Virus record (IMG/VR): IMGVR_UViG_3300047669_002405
Span: 1 to 39,252 of that record
Direction: 5' to 3' (one strand)
Length of the DNA: 39,252 nt
Source: a virus
Lineage: Duplodnaviria; Caudoviricetes
Shown: one piece after another, positions 1 through 8,355 of the stretch
Layout of the letters: every line of letters starts with the position of its first letter
Position numbering within the stretch: the stretch's first letter is position 1
Made by a program: the position numbers and the translations under genes
Notes under the pieces: generated by a model
Database searches by the model: none
What the model saw: only the letters and a program-made list of their open reading frames with translations
What the model was told of the DNA's origin: nothing

Positions 1-310
1 GTCCTCTTGGTCCTACTGGCGTTCTTGGCCCTACTGGTACTCTTGGTCCCACTGGAGCTAAAGGTGATCAAGGTATTCAAGGCATTCTTGGCCCTACTGG
101 TCCTCTTGGCCCTACTGGTACTCTTGGTCCCACTGGTCCTGTTGGTCCTGTTGGGGCTAGCGGAGGTCCTGTTGGTCCTACTGGTCCTCTTGGTCCTACT
201 GGCGTTCTTGGCCCTACTGGTACTCTTGGTCCCACTGGAGCTAAAGGTGATCAAGGTATTCAAGGCATTCTTGGCCCTACTGGTCCTCTTGGCCCTACTG
301 GTACTCTTGG
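1..310 (+). repeat. 127-bp direct repeat (1-127 and 184-310) in the collagen region
   Basis: Identical sequence gtcctcttggtcctactggc...ctcttgg with a period of 183 bp. Confidence 0.85.
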
Positions 311-2027
311 CCCTACTGGTACTCTTGGCCCCACTGGTCCTCTTGGTCCTCTTGGTCCTCTTGGCCCTATTGGGCCTAGCGGAGGCCCCACTGGTCCTCT
401 TGGCCCCCTTGGTCCTACTGGCTCCGTTGGAGCTAAAGGTGATAAAGGTGATACTGGAGATGAAGGCGCACTTGGTCCTACTGGCCCAGTAGGTCCATTA
501 GGTCCAACGGGATGCCCTACATGCGAAACGGTGTCGATTACCGTTAACGGGAGTACTATAGAGATAGCTACCCTTGACTTAAGTACCGCTTGCTGGGGGT
601 CCGCGACAGTTTACTTACGTTCTAACGGATATAAAGCTAGCGGAAGCTTAAGCTACGAAAGTAGCGAAGATAAGTGGGAGGTTACGGGGAGTGGTGGTGA
701 CTGGGATGACCTCATAGCTAACGCAAACGGTACGGCGGTAATTTGCCACGATGATGTCATTGGTGAGATAGGGCCAGTAGGACCAACAGGTCCAATAGGT
801 CCAATAGGTCCAATAGGTCCAATAGGTCCAATAGGTCCAATAGGTCCAATAGGTCCAACGGGATGCCCTACATGCGAAACGGTGTCGATTACCGTTAACG
901 GGAGTACTATAGAGATAGCTACCCTTGACTTAAGTACCGCTTGCTGGGGGTCCGCGACAGTTTACTTACGTTCTAACGGATATAAAGCTAGCGGAAGCTT
1001 AAGCTACGAAAGTAGCGAAGATAAGTGGGAGGTTACGGGGAGTGGTGGTGACTGGGATGACCTCATAGCTAACGCAAACGGTACGGCGGTAATTTGCCAC
1101 GATGATGTCATTGGTGAGATGGGTCCAATAGGCCCAACAGGTCCAATAGGCCCAACAGGTCCAATAGGTCCAACAGGCCCAATAGGCCCAACAGGCCCGA
1201 CGGGATGCCCTACGTGCGAAACGGTGTCGATTACCGTTAACGGGAGTACTATAGAAATACCGGGAATTGACTTAAGTACCGCTTGCTGGGGGTCCGAGAC
1301 AGTTTACTTACGTTCTTCTAACGGGTACAAAACTAGCGGAAGCTTAAGCTACGAAAGTAGCGAAGATAAGTGGGAGGTGGCAGGGGCTAGTTCTGATTTC
1401 TTAGATAACGCGAGCGGTTCGGCAGTAATTTGCCACGATGATATCTTTGGTCTCCTAGGCCCGAAAGGAGCGAAGGGGGACATTGGCCCCACTGGCCCCG
1501 TTGGACCAATTGGCCCGCGAGGCGTACTTGGCCCAATGGGACCGCGAGGCGTACTTGGCCCAATGGGACCGCGAGGTATACTTGGTCCACAAGGTAATAG
1601 TATACTTGGCCCACGAGGCCCGCAAGGCTCCCCCGGAGCGAAATACGCTATGGTCAAGTCTTCTCTAACGAGAGATCACCTAGGCCTTTATTGTACTGAA
1701 ATGCCAGAGGCGATATTTGAAGATATAATTTCCTTAGAAATAAGAGGGGAAGAAACTAAGGTGAAGATTGACCCGTTTTACTTAGATGTGTGCGAGCCAG
1801 CCTCATTGAGGGTGGTAAGTATGGTATGCGATACTCCGTGTGCGTTCGGTGCAGAAATAAAGAATAACGTACTAATAGTTAAAGTAGCTGCTTGGGCAGG
1901 TAAAATCCCAACGAATGCAAATATTAAGTTGGCTGGAACAAGAAAAGGGGTTGTCGAAAGATTCCCGAGGTATTCGCAAAAAGAAGCTTCGCAAAATACT
2001 AAATTTTGGGATTCTTGGAAAGAATAG
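3..2027 (+). CDS. Collagen-like fibre/tail protein, 5' truncated; Gly-X-Y tracts, three ~88-aa repeated globular domains, C-terminal domain
   Basis: Frame 3 is open from the window edge (CCT CTT GGT CCT ACT GGC..., giving GPL/GPT/GPI triplets) and continues in frame into ORF 531..2027. The C-terminal [13 protein letters not shown]...FWDSW resembles phage fibre C-terminal domains. Confidence 0.85.
   Translation, partial: PLGPTGVLGPTGTLGPTGAKGDQGIQGILGPTGPLGPTGTLGPTGPVGPVGASGGPVGPTGPLGPTGVLGPTGTLGPTGAKGDQGIQGILGPTGPLGPTGTLGPTGTLGPTGPLGPLGPLGPIGPSGGPTGPLGPLGPTGSVGAKGDKGDTGDEGALGPTGPVGPLGPTGCPTCETVSITVNGSTIEIATLDLSTACWGSATVYLRSNGYKASGSLSYESSEDKWEVTGSGGDWDDLIANANGTAVICHDDVIGEIGPVGPTGPIGPIGPIGPIGPIGPIGPIGPTGCPTCETVSITVNGSTIEIATLDLSTACWGSATVYLRSNGYKASGSLSYESSEDKWEVTGSGGDWDDLIANANGTAVICHDDVIGEMGPIGPTGPIGPTGPIGPTGPIGPTGPTGCPTCETVSITVNGSTIEIPGIDLSTACWGSETVYLRSSNGYKTSGSLSYESSEDKWEVAGASSDFLDNASGSAVICHDDIFGLLGPKGAKGDIGPTGPVGPIGPRGVLGPMGPRGVLGPMGPRGILGPQGNSILGPRGPQGSPGAKYAMVKSSLTRDHLGLYCTEMPEAIFEDIISLEIRGEETKVKIDPFYLDVCEPASLRVVSMVCDTPCAFGAEIKNNVLIVKVAAWAGKIPTNANIKLAGTRKGVVERFPRYSQKEASQNTKFWDSWKE
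501..1445 (+). repeat. Three tandem domain-coding repeats: 501-769 and 852-1120 identical; ~1194-1445 diverged
   Basis: [14 protein letters not shown]...AVICHDD occurs three times; copies 1 and 2 match at nucleotide level (period 351). Confidence 0.95.
789..851 (+). repeat. (GGTCCAATA)x7 minisatellite encoding Gly-Pro-Ile
   Basis: Seven perfect 9-bp units. Confidence 0.95.
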
Positions 2028-3143
2028 ATGAAGTTCGACTTTCTTTTAAGGCTGAAAGGAGGTGGTTTTCTAGGACTGGTCGCTTCAGGGCGTAAGCGTA
2101 ATTCGTCACAAATCTTAGAAATTCCTAACTTGGATATGGTAGAGGGACTGCCTTCTCTCTTGAATGAATTCCAATCACAAGACCTCACAAAGCTCCAAAA
2201 TATTTTAGCGGGAAAAAATAAAGAAAAGATTGATAAGTTGGGAAAGGAACGTGAGAGGTTATACCATTTGACTCAATCCTTAATAAACTCATCTGGAGAC
2301 TGCTCTCCTAAGGAGGAAAAAAATATTGAGTCTTTTTGTTTAGTGGTTAGTGGGGAGGTTAAGAGGGAGGGGCTTGTTACTTTAAGGACTATTAGGTTAC
2401 TTCACGAACAGCCTATTTATGTTATAGCCGACCAAGAGACTAAGGACTTCCTCCTGCCTTCGGGCATACCAGACTTACATATAAAGGTGGATATAAATGA
2501 AAAATCTAAAAAAAGGATAATGAAAAGATTTTTCAAGGAAAGGTTTAAGAATTTAAATACTTTTCATAGGCAGGAATATATCTTCAAGAAGATGGACGCT
2601 ATGTCCTTAGCTTTAAAAAAGCATGATAATACTTTCTTCTTAGACGCGGATATCGTGCTGTGTGAAAAATTAAGAGTTAATTCCAATGCGGATATCGTCC
2701 TTTCCCCTCATTACTCTCCTCCGTCTAGGTTTTTCCAGAGTTTTGGAAATGGATTTTTTAATGCTGGTTATGTTTTTTGTTCCGATAAAACATTTCCTAG
2801 ACATTGGCGTAGAATATACCTTACAGACTCAAGGTTTTACGAACAGCAGGGAATGGACTACATAGCGGAGAAGTATAGTGTCGATATATTTAACCAAACT
2901 CATAACGTGGGCTGGTGGAGACACGAAAGTGACGACTTCAATCTTCCCCTAAAAATAAGCTTGCCGAAAAATGTCGTGTCTTTCCACTTGCATCTTGAGG
3001 ACAAATACAACTTTGGGGGTAACTCAATTGTCAAGGGTAAGAATCAGGAAATTTTTAGAATTATGGAAGACTACTTAAAATGTAACGAAAAAAGGGAGGT
3101 CATCGACGCGATAACCTCCGTGTTTCCCAGTAAGATGGCTTAG
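2028..3143 (+). CDS. Putative GT-A fold glycosyltransferase
   Basis: FFLDADIV DxD motif, FNAGYVF, YEQ and HNVGWW motifs typical of nucleotide-diphospho-sugar transferases. Confidence 0.7.
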   Translation: MKFDFLLRLKGGGFLGLVASGRKRNSSQILEIPNLDMVEGLPSLLNEFQSQDLTKLQNILAGKNKEKIDKLGKERERLYHLTQSLINSSGDCSPKEEKNIESFCLVVSGEVKREGLVTLRTIRLLHEQPIYVIADQETKDFLLPSGIPDLHIKVDINEKSKKRIMKRFFKERFKNLNTFHRQEYIFKKMDAMSLALKKHDNTFFLDADIVLCEKLRVNSNADIVLSPHYSPPSRFFQSFGNGFFNAGYVFCSDKTFPRHWRRIYLTDSRFYEQQGMDYIAEKYSVDIFNQTHNVGWWRHESDDFNLPLKISLPKNVVSFHLHLEDKYNFGGNSIVKGKNQEIFRIMEDYLKCNEKREVIDAITSVFPSKMA

Positions 3144-3880
3144 TTGATAGCTTGAATTCGGCTGATTAAATTAAATACTTTTGGCTTGGGAATGTCTTTT
3201 AGTTCCCCAATGTCTTCAGCCCCTTCGTACCCATCTTTGAGCAAGGCCTTCTTAATCTTGTCTAAGTCAACCCCCTTTTCGGACATTACTTTCTCGAGAA
3301 GAAAGTGGGGGTCGCTTTCGCTTAGGTTGCTTGAGAAAGCTTTCGAAGAAGATTGGTGAGTCGCGACCTCTTGAGCCTTAGCAGCTAGTTCGTCTTGCGC
3401 TACGATGTTAATTCTCAAAAAGTTCCTTACGCACCTCACGAATGCACGGTTTTCTGCTATGGCTCCTAGGAAGTTTCTGGCGAAATCTGAAGTGTTAGAA
3501 ATGGAAGCGTCTCCGATGGCGGAGAAGGTGACGGGCGTACCTTCTGTTTCATAATTTGGAAGCCAAGTTATTTTACAAGTAGCTATAACGTAATCTATAC
3601 TGGGGGACGTTACCTCGTAAGTTAGGTCAGTGTATCCCCTTATTTGAGCTAGCTCCTTTATCCCCCCAAGGAGGATTATTAACTGGCTATCACTCAGCTT
3701 TGATACATTCGTCTCCGAGGTTCTGTCTCTGTTTGGAACGAGCCACTTCTTGTCAATCATTCCTCGCCAATCCACTAATCCGTTATCGTCAAATTTGTAG
3801 CTTATATCACTTGACACAAGTAACCCAGAGGCATTTCGTGAGAAAGACGGAGGCTTGGTCCCTTCAGTTTGTTTAGGCAT
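3140..3880 (-). CDS. Putative Rad52/Sak-like single-strand annealing protein
   Basis: GGIKELA...ATCKITW...IGDA..SN...AIAENRAFVRCVRNFL...DEL resembles the annealing-protein core. Confidence 0.55.
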   Translation of the reverse strand: MPKQTEGTKPPSFSRNASGLLVSSDISYKFDDNGLVDWRGMIDKKWLVPNRDRTSETNVSKLSDSQLIILLGGIKELAQIRGYTDLTYEVTSPSIDYVIATCKITWLPNYETEGTPVTFSAIGDASISNTSDFARNFLGAIAENRAFVRCVRNFLRINIVAQDELAAKAQEVATHQSSSKAFSSNLSESDPHFLLEKVMSEKGVDLDKIKKALLKDGYEGAEDIGELKDIPKPKVFNLISRIQAIN

Positions 3881-3886
3881 AAGTCG

Positions 3887-3915
3887 ACATTAAGGCTTTT
3901 CTGGCTTTTGGTCAA
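3887..3915 (-). promoter_or_regulatory. sigma70-like promoter, probably leaderless
   Basis: TTGACC-N17-TAATGT-N6-ATG(3880). Confidence 0.6.
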
Positions 3916-5050
3916 GCATCTTAAGTATGTATAGATTATCCAAGCTTCTCCATATGAGGGGATCGTCTTTGAATTTTACGACCTCTCCTTTGCCTCCTAT
4001 CTCCTGATTATTTTTCCATGCTGATTCGCTTGGGAATGTTTTTCCGTTAGAAAGCGTAAATTTATTTGACTTATAATAAAGGTTTTCAATTCCGTGGGAA
4101 AGGATTTTTTCTTTATCTTTATCTTTGATTGATTCGGAGAATATAAGGTCGATGTCCAAGTAATTTATTTTCTTTTTATTTAATTGCTTAGGCGAGAGTC
4201 TAGAGAATAAGAACAGGTTTAATCCTAAATTTTTTACGTTTTCAGCGAACTTAAAGTCGTCCTTTTCCTCTACGACGTAAACCAATTGGGGAATATTTTT
4301 TTTGTATTGTTTTAAGATTTTCAAGTCAATTGGCTTGTTCGTGACTATATTAACTGGTCCTATCTCAAGTTGCTCGCGGAGTAGTTTTTCGTTGAAGATT
4401 AAATCCATCCTAAACATTATGGACTTTATATTCATGGATTCTATGCTGACTGCTTGGTCAGGAAGGGTTTCTACAAATTCTTGGCCATCGGTAAACTTTT
4501 TCCCTATATGAATTGTCTCGACGCTAGGGTCAAATTTTATATCTAATTTACTTAAAACTTTTCTAGCTATTTGTTCAGGCTTAAGAAGTTCGTCTGGTTG
4601 TTCGGACTCAAATATAGTTTCGACCTCAGCGTTTCCTTGCCAGTACGGGGAATGGCTCGCGTTTTTAGGGGAGTCTACCATGCATATTATCTGAGCGTTG
4701 TAAGCGTTAGCTATGTGAGCGGAAACCGCGTCTGTCGATAAGTGGAGAAGGCTATTCTTAAGTACGTAGGCTGCTTGGCCTAGGTTAATCCTCCCGTTCA
4801 GCCTGAGAGCCCCGTTGAGGTTGGGGGCAGCCTCATCTCCGAGTTGGATGATTGAGATTCCTTTCTTCGCTAAGGGAGCGTCGAGAAAGTTTACTGTTTC
4901 TTGCCAGTTCTGGAACTTAGGAGGGCTATTCTCTCGAGTATTGTCTACGGTAATGTATTGATCGCAATCTAGTGGGAAATACTTTTCGTAGAAAAAGGGC
5001 TTAGACAACCTTAGTCCGGTCACGGCAGAAAATGATTCTAATACATGCAT
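3890..5050 (-). CDS. GT9 (heptosyltransferase)-like C-terminal domain plus unknown domain
   Basis: IIQLG...LNGRINLGQAAYVLKNSLLHLSTDAVSAHIANAYN matches the GT9 C-domain pattern. Confidence 0.6.
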   Translation of the reverse strand: MHVLESFSAVTGLRLSKPFFYEKYFPLDCDQYITVDNTRENSPPKFQNWQETVNFLDAPLAKKGISIIQLGDEAAPNLNGALRLNGRINLGQAAYVLKNSLLHLSTDAVSAHIANAYNAQIICMVDSPKNASHSPYWQGNAEVETIFESEQPDELLKPEQIARKVLSKLDIKFDPSVETIHIGKKFTDGQEFVETLPDQAVSIESMNIKSIMFRMDLIFNEKLLREQLEIGPVNIVTNKPIDLKILKQYKKNIPQLVYVVEEKDDFKFAENVKNLGLNLFLFSRLSPKQLNKKKINYLDIDLIFSESIKDKDKEKILSHGIENLYYKSNKFTLSNGKTFPSESAWKNNQEIGGKGEVVKFKDDPLIWRSLDNLYILKMLDQKPEKP

Positions 5051-5051
5051 G

Positions 5052-6926
5052 TTAAAGGCTTACCTCGAGGGAAAGGCGGTCTTTTTGATTGTGTTCGTAA
5101 TTTGCGGTATTTAAGTCGAAGACCACCTCGAAATCTTCTTCTTCGAGCCTCTCGATATACCCTTCTGTCCTTTCGTAGGGAGGGAGAATTTTGTGAATGA
5201 GTTCGTTAGGAGCAAAGAAATCGGCGAATGGCTTTTCGGTAGATATGTATATATTGTGATCTGGGTAAGTATTCTTGGCGCTCTCGAGTAGGCTAGTAGC
5301 TAGGACGGCTTCTGATAGATTTATTGGAAATACGAAAAGTATTCTTTTGCCTTTATCGTCTTCGGATAAAAATTGGCTAAGACCCTGCTCTTTTATGTTT
5401 TCCTTCGCTGCAACTTGCCTAAAGTATTGCTCCACCGCTGGAGGAGTCATTCCTTCTTTGAGTTTCTTGAGCCAATGAATTAAGCCTTGGTCATCATCAT
5501 CCACTTTAACCTTGAGGATATCACGGTATAAATTCTTAACCCATGTTGCTCCGTCTTGGTTAAACTCGACTTGAGCATTCGGGTCTTTCTTTTCTGGTGT
5601 TGGATATTTTTCTTCGTCTATGAGGGGGGAGTTATCTATGAAGGACTCTAGAGTTAGGCCTATGCGAGATATCGAAAAGTTCTCAATAGTCCACTCGCGG
5701 GCTTTTGCTCCAATTTCGGAGCGGGCCTCAGGAGACATTTTGTAAACTTTCTCTAGCTGCGTAGCTATGGACTCAGGTTTAGTGTTAGCTTTTCTGAAGT
5801 TCGTTCCAATTTCTCTGAACTCGTCCCATTCGAGAGCTAAGGAATGAGCTTCGGGCTCACACATTTCTTCTCCGCAGCTATAGTTGGTGACTAAGGTGAT
5901 TAGCTCAGTGAGTTTAGCTTCTTGGATTGGAATTTCTTGCCCTCCCGAGGTGAAAGGATGGCAGTATGTGTCCATTAAGTTATATATTTCATTTAATTGA
6001 CATTCAGTCACTCCCTTCCCTACGCTTACCGTATCTAGTGAGTTTTTCGCTCCGCAAGATTTGCACTCACAGTCTGCATTAATAAAGGACCTGACTTCGT
6101 AGCTTAGGCAATCCTCGCAAATGTAAGTAAATAATACATCTTTGGGGTTGATGTTATTTTCTTCAATCAAATTCCTAATGTCCCACCCTTCTTTTAGGTG
6201 AGTGTGAAGTAAAAGTTTTGCTCTAGATGATGAGTTTTCGGATTTGAACTGCTTGAATCCTTTTATGAGATTAGGCACTGATTTACGTAATTGGTTCCTA
6301 AACACGAACCCAATAACGAAATCATCCTTGTCTATATTATTGTATAACCTTAGGGAATTCTTTTTGTCTTTTTCTAGTTTAAAAAAATCATCCTCCTCAA
6401 GAGCTCCGTGGAGAGTCTTGACGTTCTTGATTCCCATCTTGTGCATTTCTTTTTGCGCGAAATTGCTCCATACCCAAAAATTATCGCATTTTTTAGCTGT
6501 TTTAATTGCTGCTGGGAGGATTGGAAGCGAATCTAAGGTCGTCCATATTACAGAAGTTATTTTATCAAACCAGCTACGCTGAGCAGCGAAATCTACTCCC
6601 CAGATATCTTGTGCAGCGATGTACACGTCGGGCTTTTCTTTCTCGATAACTTCGTCTAGCTTAAATGCGCCATAAGGAGTTATGTGTTTTAGTTTAGGGT
6701 CCCTTTCTATTAGTTGGGTTTTTTCTTTATCAGTAGGTATGCAGCCTATGGATTTCCAAGGGGTTTTTTGGAGCTCATAGTAGTTTTCAACTATACCAGC
6801 GCAGTAGTTCACCAAATCATATTTACCAGTTTTGTACAGGTAAGTTAAAATGGATTTAGCGTTGCGACCAAAACCAGATTTAACTAAAGAAAAATCAGTT
6901 TGGATTAAGACTTTCTTTTTCCTCAA
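5052..6926 (-). CDS. Multidomain GT4-family glycosyltransferase with Cys cluster, DUF4214-like segment and GT9-like N-domain at the C-terminus
   Basis: SGFGRN, IGFVFRNQLRKSVPNLIKGF and SGGQEIPIQEA (GT-B); CxxC...CxCxxC insertion; TTG start overlaps the upstream TGA. Confidence 0.75.
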   Translation of the reverse strand: MRKKKVLIQTDFSLVKSGFGRNAKSILTYLYKTGKYDLVNYCAGIVENYYELQKTPWKSIGCIPTDKEKTQLIERDPKLKHITPYGAFKLDEVIEKEKPDVYIAAQDIWGVDFAAQRSWFDKITSVIWTTLDSLPILPAAIKTAKKCDNFWVWSNFAQKEMHKMGIKNVKTLHGALEEDDFFKLEKDKKNSLRLYNNIDKDDFVIGFVFRNQLRKSVPNLIKGFKQFKSENSSSRAKLLLHTHLKEGWDIRNLIEENNINPKDVLFTYICEDCLSYEVRSFINADCECKSCGAKNSLDTVSVGKGVTECQLNEIYNLMDTYCHPFTSGGQEIPIQEAKLTELITLVTNYSCGEEMCEPEAHSLALEWDEFREIGTNFRKANTKPESIATQLEKVYKMSPEARSEIGAKAREWTIENFSISRIGLTLESFIDNSPLIDEEKYPTPEKKDPNAQVEFNQDGATWVKNLYRDILKVKVDDDDQGLIHWLKKLKEGMTPPAVEQYFRQVAAKENIKEQGLSQFLSEDDKGKRILFVFPINLSEAVLATSLLESAKNTYPDHNIYISTEKPFADFFAPNELIHKILPPYERTEGYIERLEEEDFEVVFDLNTANYEHNQKDRLSLEVSL

Positions 6927-7408
6927 GATTTTTCCTTACGTTCTGCGGAGAAAGAATGTTTAAGTGCTGCCTCTAAGTATAGAGAAAGCAGTTTAGCTTC
7001 GTTGAAGTAAAACCCAATTATGTAGCTCTGCTTGTTGGTCGAGTCCTCTTTATCTTCTTTCGCTACGGAAAGAGAAAAGCCGACTTGCTCGCCTCCCTTC
7101 ATGTAGGGGCAAAACTTGAACTTCACTACTTGATTCTGGCTCCCGTGATAACCTGAGAATTCGCTATTCCTTTCTATGGCGTCTATTATTCCAGCGTATT
7201 CACCGTCGCTAAATTTGATGATAACCCTTTTCTCAGGGTTTTTTTTATTCTCGACGAAGGAGCCTTGTCTTCGTTTCGCGTCGTAAGAATACTGTTTAAT
7301 TAAGCTACACCAAAAACTAACTCCATCTTTTTCGTCGGACTTTATCCAAAAAGAACAGGCAGTTCCGGTTGACTTAGGGTTGGGCTTGTAGAATTGTAGC
7401 TGGTTCAT
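6923..7408 (-). CDS. Putative Whirly/PC4-fold ssDNA-binding protein
   Basis: LQFYK...IKFSDGEYAGII...SGYH...GFSLSV...FNEAKLL has the duplicated beta4-alpha pattern of Whirly proteins; lies in the replication operon. Confidence 0.5.
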   Translation of the reverse strand: MNQLQFYKPNPKSTGTACSFWIKSDEKDGVSFWCSLIKQYSYDAKRRQGSFVENKKNPEKRVIIKFSDGEYAGIIDAIERNSEFSGYHGSQNQVVKFKFCPYMKGGEQVGFSLSVAKEDKEDSTNKQSYIIGFYFNEAKLLSLYLEAALKHSFSAERKEKS

Positions 7409-7410
7409 TG

Positions 7411-8355
7411 TTATATCGTACTATTTTTTAGCTTAAAGTCAACCAAGTACTGCTCTAGTTTGTGCTGGGGAGACCACTTAAGGATGGCTTTGGCTTTAGA
7501 GTTGTCGCAAAGCGTATCTTGAGCTTCCCCTTGCCTTGTGGGTATGTGAGTTATGTTGGTGCTGATTTTTTTAGCTATGTCTAGTATGGAAAAAGATGTG
7601 CCTGAACCTATATTAAAAACTTCTCCAAACGCATCACTATTTTCGCATGATGCGCTGAGTAGGTTTGCTTCAACCACATCTTTTACGTGAGTAAAGTCGC
7701 GTGTCTGGAGACCACGCCCGACGACGGTGAGTGGCTCACCTTGTGAATGTTGGCGTTGGAATAAGCCTATCACCGGCGAATAGAGGCCCTTCGTTGGTTC
7801 CCTCTCGCCGTAAACATTAAAATACCTAAGAGTTATTGTCTTAAGGCCATATATATCGTTGTACACCCTGCAAATCTCTTCCCCCGCTGTTTTAGAGACC
7901 GAGTATGGGTTTAGGCAGTCTTTTGGCATGTCTTCCGTTAACGGGGGTGTATTTTTTCTTCCGTAAGCTGATGAGGTGGATGAGTAGATGACTTTTTCAA
8001 CTTCGTTTTCTCTGCTTGCTTGAAGCACGTTGCATGTACCTACGAAATTCGTGGAGCAAGCTAGTTGGGGGGAATTTACCGTAGGTTGGATTCTGGCTTC
8101 AGCAGCTAGGTGGAATACAGTCTTTGGTTTTTCGTGAGAAAAAATCCAACTTAGAGACTGGGGGTCATTGATGTCTACTGGGTAATTTCTGGCATTGTTA
8201 TTCCAGTAGAACTTTTCATTATGCTCCGCTGATTCATTGTCTACGCAAATTACATTAACGCCGATTCTAACTAATTGGTCTACGAGGTTGCTGCCTATGA
8301 AGCCAGCTCCCCCTGTGACTAGGGCTGTTTTAGATTGTAATAGCTTTAGATTCAT
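7411..8355 (-). CDS. NAD-dependent nucleotide-sugar epimerase (extended SDR)
   Basis: TGGAGFIG, HLAA, SSTSSAYG, YSVSK (YxxxK), LRYFNVYG, RDFTHV. Confidence 0.92.
   Translation of the reverse strand: MNLKLLQSKTALVTGGAGFIGSNLVDQLVRIGVNVICVDNESAEHNEKFYWNNNARNYPVDINDPQSLSWIFSHEKPKTVFHLAAEARIQPTVNSPQLACSTNFVGTCNVLQASRENEVEKVIYSSTSSAYGRKNTPPLTEDMPKDCLNPYSVSKTAGEEICRVYNDIYGLKTITLRYFNVYGEREPTKGLYSPVIGLFQRQHSQGEPLTVVGRGLQTRDFTHVKDVVEANLLSASCENSDAFGEVFNIGSGTSFSILDIAKKISTNITHIPTRQGEAQDTLCDNSKAKAILKWSPQHKLEQYLVDFKLKNSTI

Noticed and set aside
7-492. 161-aa Leu/Val-rich 'membrane' ORF
   Set aside because: Off-frame shadow of the Gly-Pro-X collagen repeat; frame 3 is open and continuous with 531..2027.
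501-1445. Repeats as a CRISPR array or DGR template/variable pair
   Set aside because: Units are ~270-bp in-frame coding domains, differences are not adenine-specific, and no reverse transcriptase or cas genes are present.
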